From a virus: a DNA stretch of 64,000 bases. The DNA is taken from IMG/VR virus record IMGVR_UViG_3300045988_174371, positions 192,001-256,000 of that record; one strand, given 5' to 3'. The translations under genes were made by a program, and so were the position numbers. Positions 44,756 through 52,842 of the stretch are shown here, one piece after another. The first letter of the stretch is position 1. Every line of letters begins with the position of its first letter. The notes below the pieces were generated by a model. That model made no database searches. It was not told the DNA's origin and saw only the letters and a program-made list of their open reading frames with translations.

Positions 44756-45275
44756 AAAACCTACAGCGCGAAGGCACCACCGGCAGGATGAGCTCTATTT
44801 CCGCCGGTGCACCGAGGCGCGCAATGGAGCCAATGATGCGGATAGCTTCTGCCTCATTCGAGCCTTCCTCAACCTCTTCGACGTTAGTATTATTTATCGC
44901 CTGCGCGGTCGAAGGCGACAGCTCCAACCTAAACCGAGTGTTCTTGCCATCTGGAAGAGCCGACACCGGAATGTCCTTGTATTCGTGGACGGAGAACTCC
45001 TCCATCATCTTGTAACGCTCCATCATCGTCTGTAGCGCAAACCTAAGCACCTTAAGGTCATCCTCAGACACCTCAAAACGTTCACGCTTAGATGCAGGCG
45101 CATAAGAAGCCATCTCAACCTTTTTAAGGTCAATGCCCAAGAACTCCCAGTCTGCCGGGCTCATGATGTGCTGGTAGACGAAGTTCTTATCCAGGATATT
45201 GTTGCCCGTTACCGTAGGCACAGATTCACTGGTAGTGCAGTCGCCACAGTTAGAAGGGCTGGAAGATGAAGTCAT
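44724..45275 (-). CDS. truncated FtsK-like paralog (183 aa) lacking Walker A and Walker B
   Basis: NFVYQHIMSPADWEFLGIDLKKVEMASY...LKVLRFALQTMMERYKMMEEF...EAEAIRIIGSIARLGAPAEIELIL. Overlaps the next paralog by 32 nt. Confidence 0.5.
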   Translation of the reverse strand: MTSSSSPSNCGDCTTSESVPTVTGNNILDKNFVYQHIMSPADWEFLGIDLKKVEMASYAPASKRERFEVSEDDLKVLRFALQTMMERYKMMEEFSVHEYKDIPVSALPDGKNTRFRLELSPSTAQAINNTNVEEVEEGSNEAEAIRIIGSIARLGAPAEIELILPVVPSRCRFCDAQSDEDTF

Positions 45276-45364
45276 AACGTACTCCTCAAAGTTATTGTGT
45301 GTATTGTGCGAAAAGGTGTGTGACAGCAGTACCTATTACTGCCGTCACACACCTCAAGTCTAGG

Positions 45365-46063
45365 TTAGTCAAGCAGGGAGCTGACGAGGCTCACCTTCTC
45401 ATTCAAAGCGGGGAAAGTAATCGCAAGAATCTGCGGAACATCCAAATAGCGCCCCACCAGACCCGTAAAACGAGTATCCTCCTGAACAAGCTGAGGGTTA
45501 TACGCCTCCAGCGCATCAATATAAGCCTTAACAGGCTTACTCAGCGAAGCCAACTGCTTAGGCGGAACGTTCGTCACATCAGTTTCACCCTCAGGCAAAT
45601 CACCAGCAGTGTACAGGCGGTACTGTGCGCTCGAAGTGCTCTGACCGAAACCCTGAGCCTTCGCCTCATCAACCTCAGTGATGAACCACGCAGAGCTAGG
45701 CTCATGCTCACGCAAGATGTCCTGAAGCTCAAGGATAAGACGAACCTGACGAGCCTGCTCCTCAACAAGAGCCAAAGCCTCAAGCATGGATTCCACATGC
45801 ACCATGTCAGAAGACTTCACGATGAAAGACGAAGTGCTCTTCGACCATTCAACGTTAATGAACGCGCTAGGAACCTTACGGACAGCCTGCGAAATGAGGG
45901 TATCCTTCTTCTTCAGGTCAGGATTGCCGCGCAGACCCATCCACTCGGAAGCCTGCAAGAACCCCTCAGGGGAGCCTTCAGCAATGAAGCTGAAGTTCTT
46001 CTGCAACCAGCCGCGCACCTTCTCGTAGTTAGCCTCATTGCGGATAGGTGAGTAAAGACTCAT
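45365..46063 (-). CDS. hypothetical protein (232 aa)
   Basis: ORF co-oriented with its neighbours. The 250-aa plus-strand ORF over it is R/L/S/H-rich and looks like a shadow frame. No motif recognised. Confidence 0.45.
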   Translation of the reverse strand: MSLYSPIRNEANYEKVRGWLQKNFSFIAEGSPEGFLQASEWMGLRGNPDLKKKDTLISQAVRKVPSAFINVEWSKSTSSFIVKSSDMVHVESMLEALALVEEQARQVRLILELQDILREHEPSSAWFITEVDEAKAQGFGQSTSSAQYRLYTAGDLPEGETDVTNVPPKQLASLSKPVKAYIDALEAYNPQLVQEDTRFTGLVGRYLDVPQILAITFPALNEKVSLVSSLLD

Positions 46064-46122
46064 TAGGTTTTCTCCTTAAAAATAGTGAACACAGTCCATA
46101 GTTTCTATAGCGGGAAACAGGG

Positions 46123-47259
46123 TTATTGGAAGCCTGCCAGCTTATCCCCAAAGAACTCACTAGCGCGGGTTCGCTTCTTCACAGGCGTGCGGGCAACCAG
46201 CGTGACTAGCCCAACATCAATATACCCCTTCTCGCTTTCAGGAAGCTCACTATAGAACTTGTCCAGAATCTTAGTGAAGCGCGGCGCGTCGATAGGCTTA
46301 AAGTCGGACTCATGCCACTCATCAACCATCAAGAACCTCACCGCCCCAGGGATGTACTCTGGCTCATCCGGGTTCATCCCATTATGCTCAGGGTTCTTCA
46401 CATCCTTAGGATGTATGTTCACAATGCCGCGAACATACCCACGCTTCTTGCCGCCAATGTAGTTCTGCCAGAGATACATTGCCTGCTTCATGCGCACATA
46501 CCTAGGGTACTTCTGCCCCGGCACGACGATAGAGTAGTTACTCTTATTCGTCTTAGGATTCTTCTTCTTAAATGAGTATACGGCACGAGGGTCATTCAAA
46601 TCCACCCCCGCTTTCCACATTTTCGAGTCGATAATCCACACCTGCGAACCAACCACGAGCACATGGTCAGTATCCGGCGAATCCACGACACCCAACTCCT
46701 CATCCGGGGAGCTGATGCTCTTCTGCTCCTCCGCCAATTCCTCAGGTGACTCCTCATTCAGGGGGACAATTTCAATCTCAGTCTTGACATCATCACCCTC
46801 TTTGCGGGGAATCGACACAGAATGACAAATCACCACATCCGGCTTATCATCAGCCCACTGCGCTAAAGCCTTGGCGGTCAGCTCTTCACCTTCGATACCG
46901 GCTTTAATCTTGCCGGTATTCGACGGTGAGTTCTTCCAATTCTTAGGCGGAAACTCTAGCGTGTTGTACAAGCTAGTTGCAGGTACGCCGAAGGTTCTAA
47001 TCGCCGCCTTCGCGCCAGGCTTCGACAAGTCGGCATCCTCCGGTATGTTCTTAAGATGCTCAACCACCGCTTCTACGCGCGCCTCCGCTTTACGTGCTCG
47101 CGTCGCGCCAATGTGGTCAAAGTATCCCTCCGGCGGCATCAATAGAGGCGCATAAATCTCAGGGTTCTCACTAGGCACTAGACCAGGGTCTACTTCCTGA
47201 GGCTCCTCGTGGCTCTTCTCGAACTGGGCAAATGCCTCTTCAAAGCTAATGGGTGACAT
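46123..47259 (-). CDS. NERD-domain-like (nuclease-related) protein
   Basis: AGIEGEELTAKALAQWADDKPDVVICHSVSIP ... DTDHVLVVGSQVWIIDSKMWKAG fits the NERD G-x-x-GE ... D-h-h-h ... (D/E)-x-K layout, with an acidic insert. Confidence 0.45.
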   Translation of the reverse strand: MSPISFEEAFAQFEKSHEEPQEVDPGLVPSENPEIYAPLLMPPEGYFDHIGATRARKAEARVEAVVEHLKNIPEDADLSKPGAKAAIRTFGVPATSLYNTLEFPPKNWKNSPSNTGKIKAGIEGEELTAKALAQWADDKPDVVICHSVSIPRKEGDDVKTEIEIVPLNEESPEELAEEQKSISSPDEELGVVDSPDTDHVLVVGSQVWIIDSKMWKAGVDLNDPRAVYSFKKKNPKTNKSNYSIVVPGQKYPRYVRMKQAMYLWQNYIGGKKRGYVRGIVNIHPKDVKNPEHNGMNPDEPEYIPGAVRFLMVDEWHESDFKPIDAPRFTKILDKFYSELPESEKGYIDVGLVTLVARTPVKKRTRASEFFGDKLAGFQ

Positions 47260-48714
47260 CTACACCTCCTCACTCTCAATAGTCAGCTCAGTAAAGGACA
47301 TTGTGCCCTTACCAGACATGTCAGCGTCACAACTCAGGGGTATCTGAACCTCTGCCCCCGCCTTCACTGTGTCAGCACGGAAAGTGCAAGTACCCAAGTC
47401 TGCCTTATTGAACCAGCTCAAAGGGTTGTACGCCTCGGAACCTGAAGCATGTACAGACCCATAAACACGGTGAGCATTCGTACTACCTTCGTTCTTGAGC
47501 ACAGCATAGTAGCCGCCGTCCTTACGCGCCACCCCCGTAACGGTAACCTTACCATTATCTGCAAGCTCAACACTAGAAGAACCAGACGGACTGAAGACCC
47601 TATCGCCAGTAATCTGACCGTTAATGAAACCACCTAGCAGGAAAACGAGTATCGCCAACGCAACCCCTGCCATACCGCGACCAGTTGGGGTGCCGGGGAC
47701 TGACTTCTTAAAAAGCCTGCCTAGGAGCGGTATTTTCCCGCCCTTCTGTAGGGCACCTGCAACCGTATCCAGGGCACGCAAGAAGAACGCCTTCACGCCA
47801 CCACTAGACCCCTTGGAAGACCCCTTCACGGCATCATCTGCCCCGATTTGTGCAGGTGGCGCAGGGGTTGCAGGTTTTTCATCCGGCTCATCCGCTAGAG
47901 GTTCGGCAATGTCATCATCAGCTAAAATTCCTTCGTTTAGCTCTTCCCATCGGATGAAGTCGTCCGGCTGAAGACTCTCCATTGCCTCGCTCTCGTTGAG
48001 GTCTTGCAGGAAAGTGTCAGCCCAACCAAAATATTCCCCATCTGCGTCCTTGAGCACGTATGCACCATCTGCATCTCGTGCAATGTCATCAGGGGGTGTT
48101 TCGCTTAGGTCGTTATCGGGTGCATCTTCAAAGTCGTCATCGAAGATGTCTTCCCAGCCTTCTTCTCCCTCTTCATCATCCGTATCAGCCTCAGAATGAG
48201 AGGTTTCTTCCGCTTCAGAGGATAGTTCACGGTAGATTTGCGATAAGTAGTCATCATCATCTTCTCCCTCTGCATCATCGTCATTAGTGATAGCTGGAGA
48301 GTAGTCGTCGTCCGGGCTGAAGCTTTCCTCTACAACGGAAGCCGCACGCTCGCTAGGGGACATTGCGTAATAGTCATCGTCTTCGTCCCAGTCGTCATCG
48401 TCATCCCAGGCTTCTTCTAAATCATCTGGCTCTTCTTCCTCAGTAGTGTAATCCTCAACTTGCTCATCATCAAAGACACCGAATTGAGCTGAATCACCTT
48501 GCAGGCTCGCCAATATAGCATTACCTGCTTCAGCCTCAGGGGTAGCATCCGACGTTTCTAGCGTGGCATCTTGCTCCGTTTCAGGGGCAGGGGCATCTTC
48601 CAGCAGAGGGAAGTCATCGGGGTTAATTCCCTCTGCTTCATCGCCTGCTACAGCTGTAGGTGGCGGCACAGGGACGACGGTAGAAGCCCTAAGTTTAGAA
48701 AGACGTATAGCCAT
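47260..48714 (-). CDS. highly acidic N-terminal domain, single TM, small beta-rich C-terminal domain (484 aa)
   Basis: ~270 aa dominated by D/E runs (EAWDDDDDWDEDDDYY, GEDDDDY, TDDEEGEEGWEDIFDDDFED). TM MAGVALAILVFLLGGFINGQI. ~120-aa C-terminal domain. Its stop abuts the start of the NERD-like gene. Confidence 0.55.
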   Translation of the reverse strand: MAIRLSKLRASTVVPVPPPTAVAGDEAEGINPDDFPLLEDAPAPETEQDATLETSDATPEAEAGNAILASLQGDSAQFGVFDDEQVEDYTTEEEEPDDLEEAWDDDDDWDEDDDYYAMSPSERAASVVEESFSPDDDYSPAITNDDDAEGEDDDDYLSQIYRELSSEAEETSHSEADTDDEEGEEGWEDIFDDDFEDAPDNDLSETPPDDIARDADGAYVLKDADGEYFGWADTFLQDLNESEAMESLQPDDFIRWEELNEGILADDDIAEPLADEPDEKPATPAPPAQIGADDAVKGSSKGSSGGVKAFFLRALDTVAGALQKGGKIPLLGRLFKKSVPGTPTGRGMAGVALAILVFLLGGFINGQITGDRVFSPSGSSSVELADNGKVTVTGVARKDGGYYAVLKNEGSTNAHRVYGSVHASGSEAYNPLSWFNKADLGTCTFRADTVKAGAEVQIPLSCDADMSGKGTMSFTELTIESEEV

Positions 48715-48823
48715 TAAAACCAGCTTTCATCAGGTGTAAATAGTAAGAGAAAATGTCGGGGTAATGAAGTGTTACAAAGAATATATCTGCAACATTCCAA
48801 TACCCCGACATTAAAGGCAAGGT

Positions 48824-51535
48824 TTAAGCGACTCGGGTATGACCCCAATCGAAAGAACCCTCACCAAACATTCTCACCAAAGCGCTCTTAGTAGCGTTCA
48901 CAAAAGGAACATGGATAGGAACCTCCACATAGCCCATCATGTCCGCCAAATCGTCCATAGAAGCGCTAGAAGCTTCTAGCGGGGCAACTGGAACGTCAGC
49001 CCATGAACGCCCCTCAGAAGGGGCTTCAGTCGCCGCATAAGCGAACTTACTCGGCAAATCGACACCATACCCCAGTTTGGACGAGTCATACACCGCCACT
49101 TTAAGCGGCACCCTCCGCGTCGTGTCAGCCACAGCCAACCCGCCAACAGCAGACTGAACCATGCCCACAGCTTCCTCCAAGGAGCCACCGCGTGAGATGT
49201 CTACTCGAAGCCTAGCGCACATCTCACCTGATGCGGAAAGCGGAACCTGCCGAGTGTTCAAGATGTTCAGGTATGGTGGACGGTAGCTAACCTCCCCCTC
49301 ATCATTAACAATCTTCCGGGCGGGCGTGTAATTCACATGCAGGGAATACACCTGATAAGGCTCTAGTTTAGGGCTAGACCTAACCGACGCAGAGGTTACC
49401 CTGGCAACATCTGCCGCATCAGCATGAACACCTTGCAGAAAGGCGTTCTTCACATTCTGCTCAGAGACCCACAAATCCTCGCGCGTAAGCAAACTGTTAG
49501 ACACATACCCAGCGATAGTACCAGTACCGTCATCTAGCGTTGCCAGAACCTTGCGTCCAAACTTCTTATGCGTCTTATCTTCTAGTGCTACAATCGCCGC
49601 CATAACAACAGCACCCTTTACAGGGTGCTCAGAGGACAATAGCTCACCAACAGTACAAGCACGCATCACCGGAACACGCGGAGGAATTGAAGCCATCGGG
49701 TGACCAGTCATATACTGACCAGCTACCTCAGCCTCATACCTCAGCCTCTCAACCAAGGGATAATCCTCCACAGAGAGAGAAACGTCATCCGGTAGCGACT
49801 CCCCCGTAACCAGCTCAGCATCAGCCGACAGCGCGACCCCCGAATCTTTAGCCGCCTTCAATGCCTGACGTTTAAGCTTAGCCCGCTCTTTACGTAGCAA
49901 ATCCAAGTAGCCAGGGATAGCTTCAAGAACCGCCTTGCGGGAGACACCAAACACATCAAATGCGCCCGCCTTCGCCAAGCCTTCATAGGTAGTCTTAGTG
50001 ACCTTACCGGCATTAAACGTGCGAACAACAAAGTCCTTCACGCCGCGATAAAGTCCGCCACGCTCACGCTCAGACACGATAACCTCAGCATCCTTCGACC
50101 CTACACCCTTGAGCATAGAGAACCCGAAAGCGAGATTACCCTCACCGTTCAACCCAATGTCAGCACTGGAGAAATTCACGTCAGGAACATCCAAACGCAC
50201 CCCGCGCCGCCGAGCGTCCTCAATAAGCTCCTGAACCTTGTCTCGACCTGCTGACCCCATCGTAACCTTACGGGCAATAGCCGCCGCATAGAACTCCGCA
50301 GGATAATGCGCCTTCATATACAAGGCAAGATAAGCCATCGCCGCATACGCATCCGAGTGCGATTTATTGAAGCCATACTCTGCAAAGCCAACAATCCTAT
50401 CCCACAACGTCTGCATCGCCTCACGGCTGAAGCCATTAGATGCGCCGCCTGAGATGAAACGCTCAGCATATGCCAGCATCAAGTCGTGCTTCTTCTTGCC
50501 AATCGCTCGACGCAAATCATCGCCCTCTTGGGGAGTCATCCCAGCAATCAGAGAAGCAATAGACATCACCTGCTCCTGATAGACCAGAAGACCGCTCGTA
50601 TCTGCAAGAATGTCATCAAGAGCCGAACCTACGAAGTCAGGGTGAATTGGCTTCACTTCCTCACGACCAGCTCGACGCTCCACATACTGAATATGACTAC
50701 CAGCACTCATAGGCCCTGGACGATACAGCGCCGTAATAGCCGAAATGTCACCCAGCGTGCTAGGGGCGAACTTCGTGAAAAGGTCAGCAACAGCAGAATT
50801 ACCTAGCTGGAAGATACCAACCGTATCACCCTTACCCAGCAGACGGAACGTCTCAGCATCATCAAAGCGGCTTTCTCGAACCATCTTCCTGAAGTCAGGG
50901 ACATCTTTCCCCGCCTGGACTGCTAGACGTGCCGCATCACACAGAATATCAACAGTATCCAGCCCCAAAAAGTCGAACTTAATAAGCCCCATGCTTTCGC
51001 ACGCACCATACTCAAACCCCGCAACAACAGACCCATCCTTCGCCGTATCAACGGGAACATGATGATGCAGAGGGCTTGACGAGATAAGCAATCCGCAAGC
51101 ATGAACACCACGACCACGGATGCGACCTTCAAGGGCTTTCGCGCAAGCGATTGGCTTCTCCCAGAACGGCGTGTCTACAGCCTCACGGAAACGTGCAGAG
51201 CCAGCATACTCTTCACTATCAGGGTCATAGACCTTAGCGAAAGTAATTCCGAGGCTATCCGGCAAGAGACTTGTCACGTAGTTCGCCTGAGCGGGAGGCA
51301 CCCCGTAGACACGCGCACCGTCTTTAATCGACGCGCGCGTCTTGAGCATCTGATTAGTTGGCAACCTTGCAGAATGGTCAGCCCCATATAGCTGAGCAAC
51401 ATGCTCAAACGCGGCATCTCTATGCGCAGTATGAAAGTCAGTGTCAATATCCGGTGGAGAACCAGGGTGTACAACCTTATTGCTCGTGACGCGAACGTAC
51501 ACCTTGCCCTCAACAACTCTTTTCTCTACACCCAC
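48824..51535 (-). CDS. dnaE: DNA polymerase III alpha subunit, C-terminal fragment (palm/fingers/beta-binding/OB), separate ORF
   Basis: After a 24-26-aa head (MGVEKRVVEGKVYVRVTSNKVVHPGS) it starts with PPDIDTDF. Also HACGLLIS, GLIKFDFLGLDTV, FNKSHSDAYAAMAYLALYMKAHYP and an OB-like KGAVVMAAIVALEDK. GTG start 2 nt after the dnaX stop, with GGAGG 7 nt upstream. Confidence 0.85.
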   Translation of the reverse strand: MGVEKRVVEGKVYVRVTSNKVVHPGSPPDIDTDFHTAHRDAAFEHVAQLYGADHSARLPTNQMLKTRASIKDGARVYGVPPAQANYVTSLLPDSLGITFAKVYDPDSEEYAGSARFREAVDTPFWEKPIACAKALEGRIRGRGVHACGLLISSSPLHHHVPVDTAKDGSVVAGFEYGACESMGLIKFDFLGLDTVDILCDAARLAVQAGKDVPDFRKMVRESRFDDAETFRLLGKGDTVGIFQLGNSAVADLFTKFAPSTLGDISAITALYRPGPMSAGSHIQYVERRAGREEVKPIHPDFVGSALDDILADTSGLLVYQEQVMSIASLIAGMTPQEGDDLRRAIGKKKHDLMLAYAERFISGGASNGFSREAMQTLWDRIVGFAEYGFNKSHSDAYAAMAYLALYMKAHYPAEFYAAAIARKVTMGSAGRDKVQELIEDARRRGVRLDVPDVNFSSADIGLNGEGNLAFGFSMLKGVGSKDAEVIVSERERGGLYRGVKDFVVRTFNAGKVTKTTYEGLAKAGAFDVFGVSRKAVLEAIPGYLDLLRKERAKLKRQALKAAKDSGVALSADAELVTGESLPDDVSLSVEDYPLVERLRYEAEVAGQYMTGHPMASIPPRVPVMRACTVGELLSSEHPVKGAVVMAAIVALEDKTHKKFGRKVLATLDDGTGTIAGYVSNSLLTREDLWVSEQNVKNAFLQGVHADAADVARVTSASVRSSPKLEPYQVYSLHVNYTPARKIVNDEGEVSYRPPYLNILNTRQVPLSASGEMCARLRVDISRGGSLEEAVGMVQSAVGGLAVADTTRRVPLKVAVYDSSKLGYGVDLPSKFAYAATEAPSEGRSWADVPVAPLEASSASMDDLADMMGYVEVPIHVPFVNATKSALVRMFGEGSFDWGHTRVA

Positions 51536-51537
51536 AA

Positions 51538-52827
51538 TTAGCCTCCCTGAGGTGCCTTAGTCTGACTCTGCTTAGCCGTAATGACCGAGCGCATACGCAT
51601 AGTCACATCAATCCACAGAATCTCAAAGATAATGTTCTCGTCACTGGTATTCCAGAATCCCTGGAAAGACCTCTCCAGAGTCTTTAGGAGCTTCATCGCC
51701 ATATCTGGCGGCAAATGACGGCGCATCTCCTGCAATCCAATGTCCTGTTTAGGCAAGTCAGCAAACGGCAAATCCGCGTTGCTGACCGTTGCCCCGTAAA
51801 CCCAGGTGATGTAATGGCGAAGCTGACCCATAACCTCCTCCGTGCCATCACGCAAGGATGCCTCATGCTCCTTCGCGTCCTCCAGAGCCTCGTGGATACG
51901 AATAATATCGCCGTAAATTAGGCACCTCAACAGGCTAGTAGCCGTCGATTCGGTACCACTGTACATGTCTGGGTTGCGCAGGTACTCTTCAAGCTTCTTG
52001 AGCGCGCCACGTGCAGAGCCCTTTGCCGCCCTAGCGCACCATGCCGCGCCCGAGTCAGAGATTTCTTTATGCTCGCGCGCCGCAATGTCACGAACATACT
52101 TCTCCAAAGTAGCTACAGGGATATTCTTAAGCTTATACTCCTGAACTCGCGTAAGAATCTCATCCTTGATGCCGTTCATCTTCGTAGTGCAGAAAAAGAT
52201 GGGCACATAGTCGGCGCTATCCTTATTCTCCAGGTACGGCAAGAAAGCGTTCCATGCAGGCTCAGACAGCGCATGACACTCATCAATGATGATGAACGGA
52301 GCTTTCTGCATCTGCTTAACTGAACCGTTACTGACGATACGTCTAGTATCTTCCACACCACTCTTAAGTGCGGCAACGAAATGGTTCATACCACCATTGG
52401 CGGAGGCATCGAAAGCAAGGCACGCATCACAGGTCAAGCAAGGGTCTGCCGAGTCAGCAGGGCGACCCGTGCAGTTCATAGCCTTAGTGAAGACCTTCAC
52501 AATACTAGACTTACCCACGCCAGGCTTACCGCGAAGCAAACGCCCCTGAACGCGGCGATTCTTAATGATGTCCTCCTTCAGCTGGGCAATAATCTCTTCC
52601 TGCCCAACAAAGTCACCCCATACTCGCGGCTGGTACTTACGGTGGAACTCAACGTATTCCTCATCGCCCTCCTGAGGCTCTTCTGCCTCATCGGTAGGTT
52701 CTAGTACCTCAGCATCAGAAACCGTCTCGTCGCTAAAGGGCTCAATCGCGCCACCAGGGTCGCCCACAGACTCCAAAGGCAACGTCTCTTCCCCTAGGGG
52801 CAAAGTGTCATGCATCTCTTCAGTCAT
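51538..52827 (-). CDS. dnaX: DNA polymerase III gamma/tau (clamp-loader ATPase) DnaX-like
   Basis: HRKYQPRVWGDFVGQEEI, Walker A LRGKPGVGKSSIV, zinc module CLTCDAC, Walker B FIIIDECHALS, sensor FFCTTKMNGIKDEILTRV. Acidic N-terminal extension. Confidence 0.8.
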   Translation of the reverse strand: MTEEMHDTLPLGEETLPLESVGDPGGAIEPFSDETVSDAEVLEPTDEAEEPQEGDEEYVEFHRKYQPRVWGDFVGQEEIIAQLKEDIIKNRRVQGRLLRGKPGVGKSSIVKVFTKAMNCTGRPADSADPCLTCDACLAFDASANGGMNHFVAALKSGVEDTRRIVSNGSVKQMQKAPFIIIDECHALSEPAWNAFLPYLENKDSADYVPIFFCTTKMNGIKDEILTRVQEYKLKNIPVATLEKYVRDIAAREHKEISDSGAAWCARAAKGSARGALKKLEEYLRNPDMYSGTESTATSLLRCLIYGDIIRIHEALEDAKEHEASLRDGTEEVMGQLRHYITWVYGATVSNADLPFADLPKQDIGLQEMRRHLPPDMAMKLLKTLERSFQGFWNTSDENIIFEILWIDVTMRMRSVITAKQSQTKAPQGG

Positions 52828-52842
52828 AACCTATCTTCCTCA

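Noticed and set aside
45299-46051. 250-aa plus-strand ORF, slightly longer than the minus-strand ORF it overlaps (45365..46063)
   Set aside because: The product is extremely R/L/S/H/Q-rich. It runs against the otherwise uniform operon orientation and has no SD. The minus-strand product has a normal globular composition. This call is less certain than the others.
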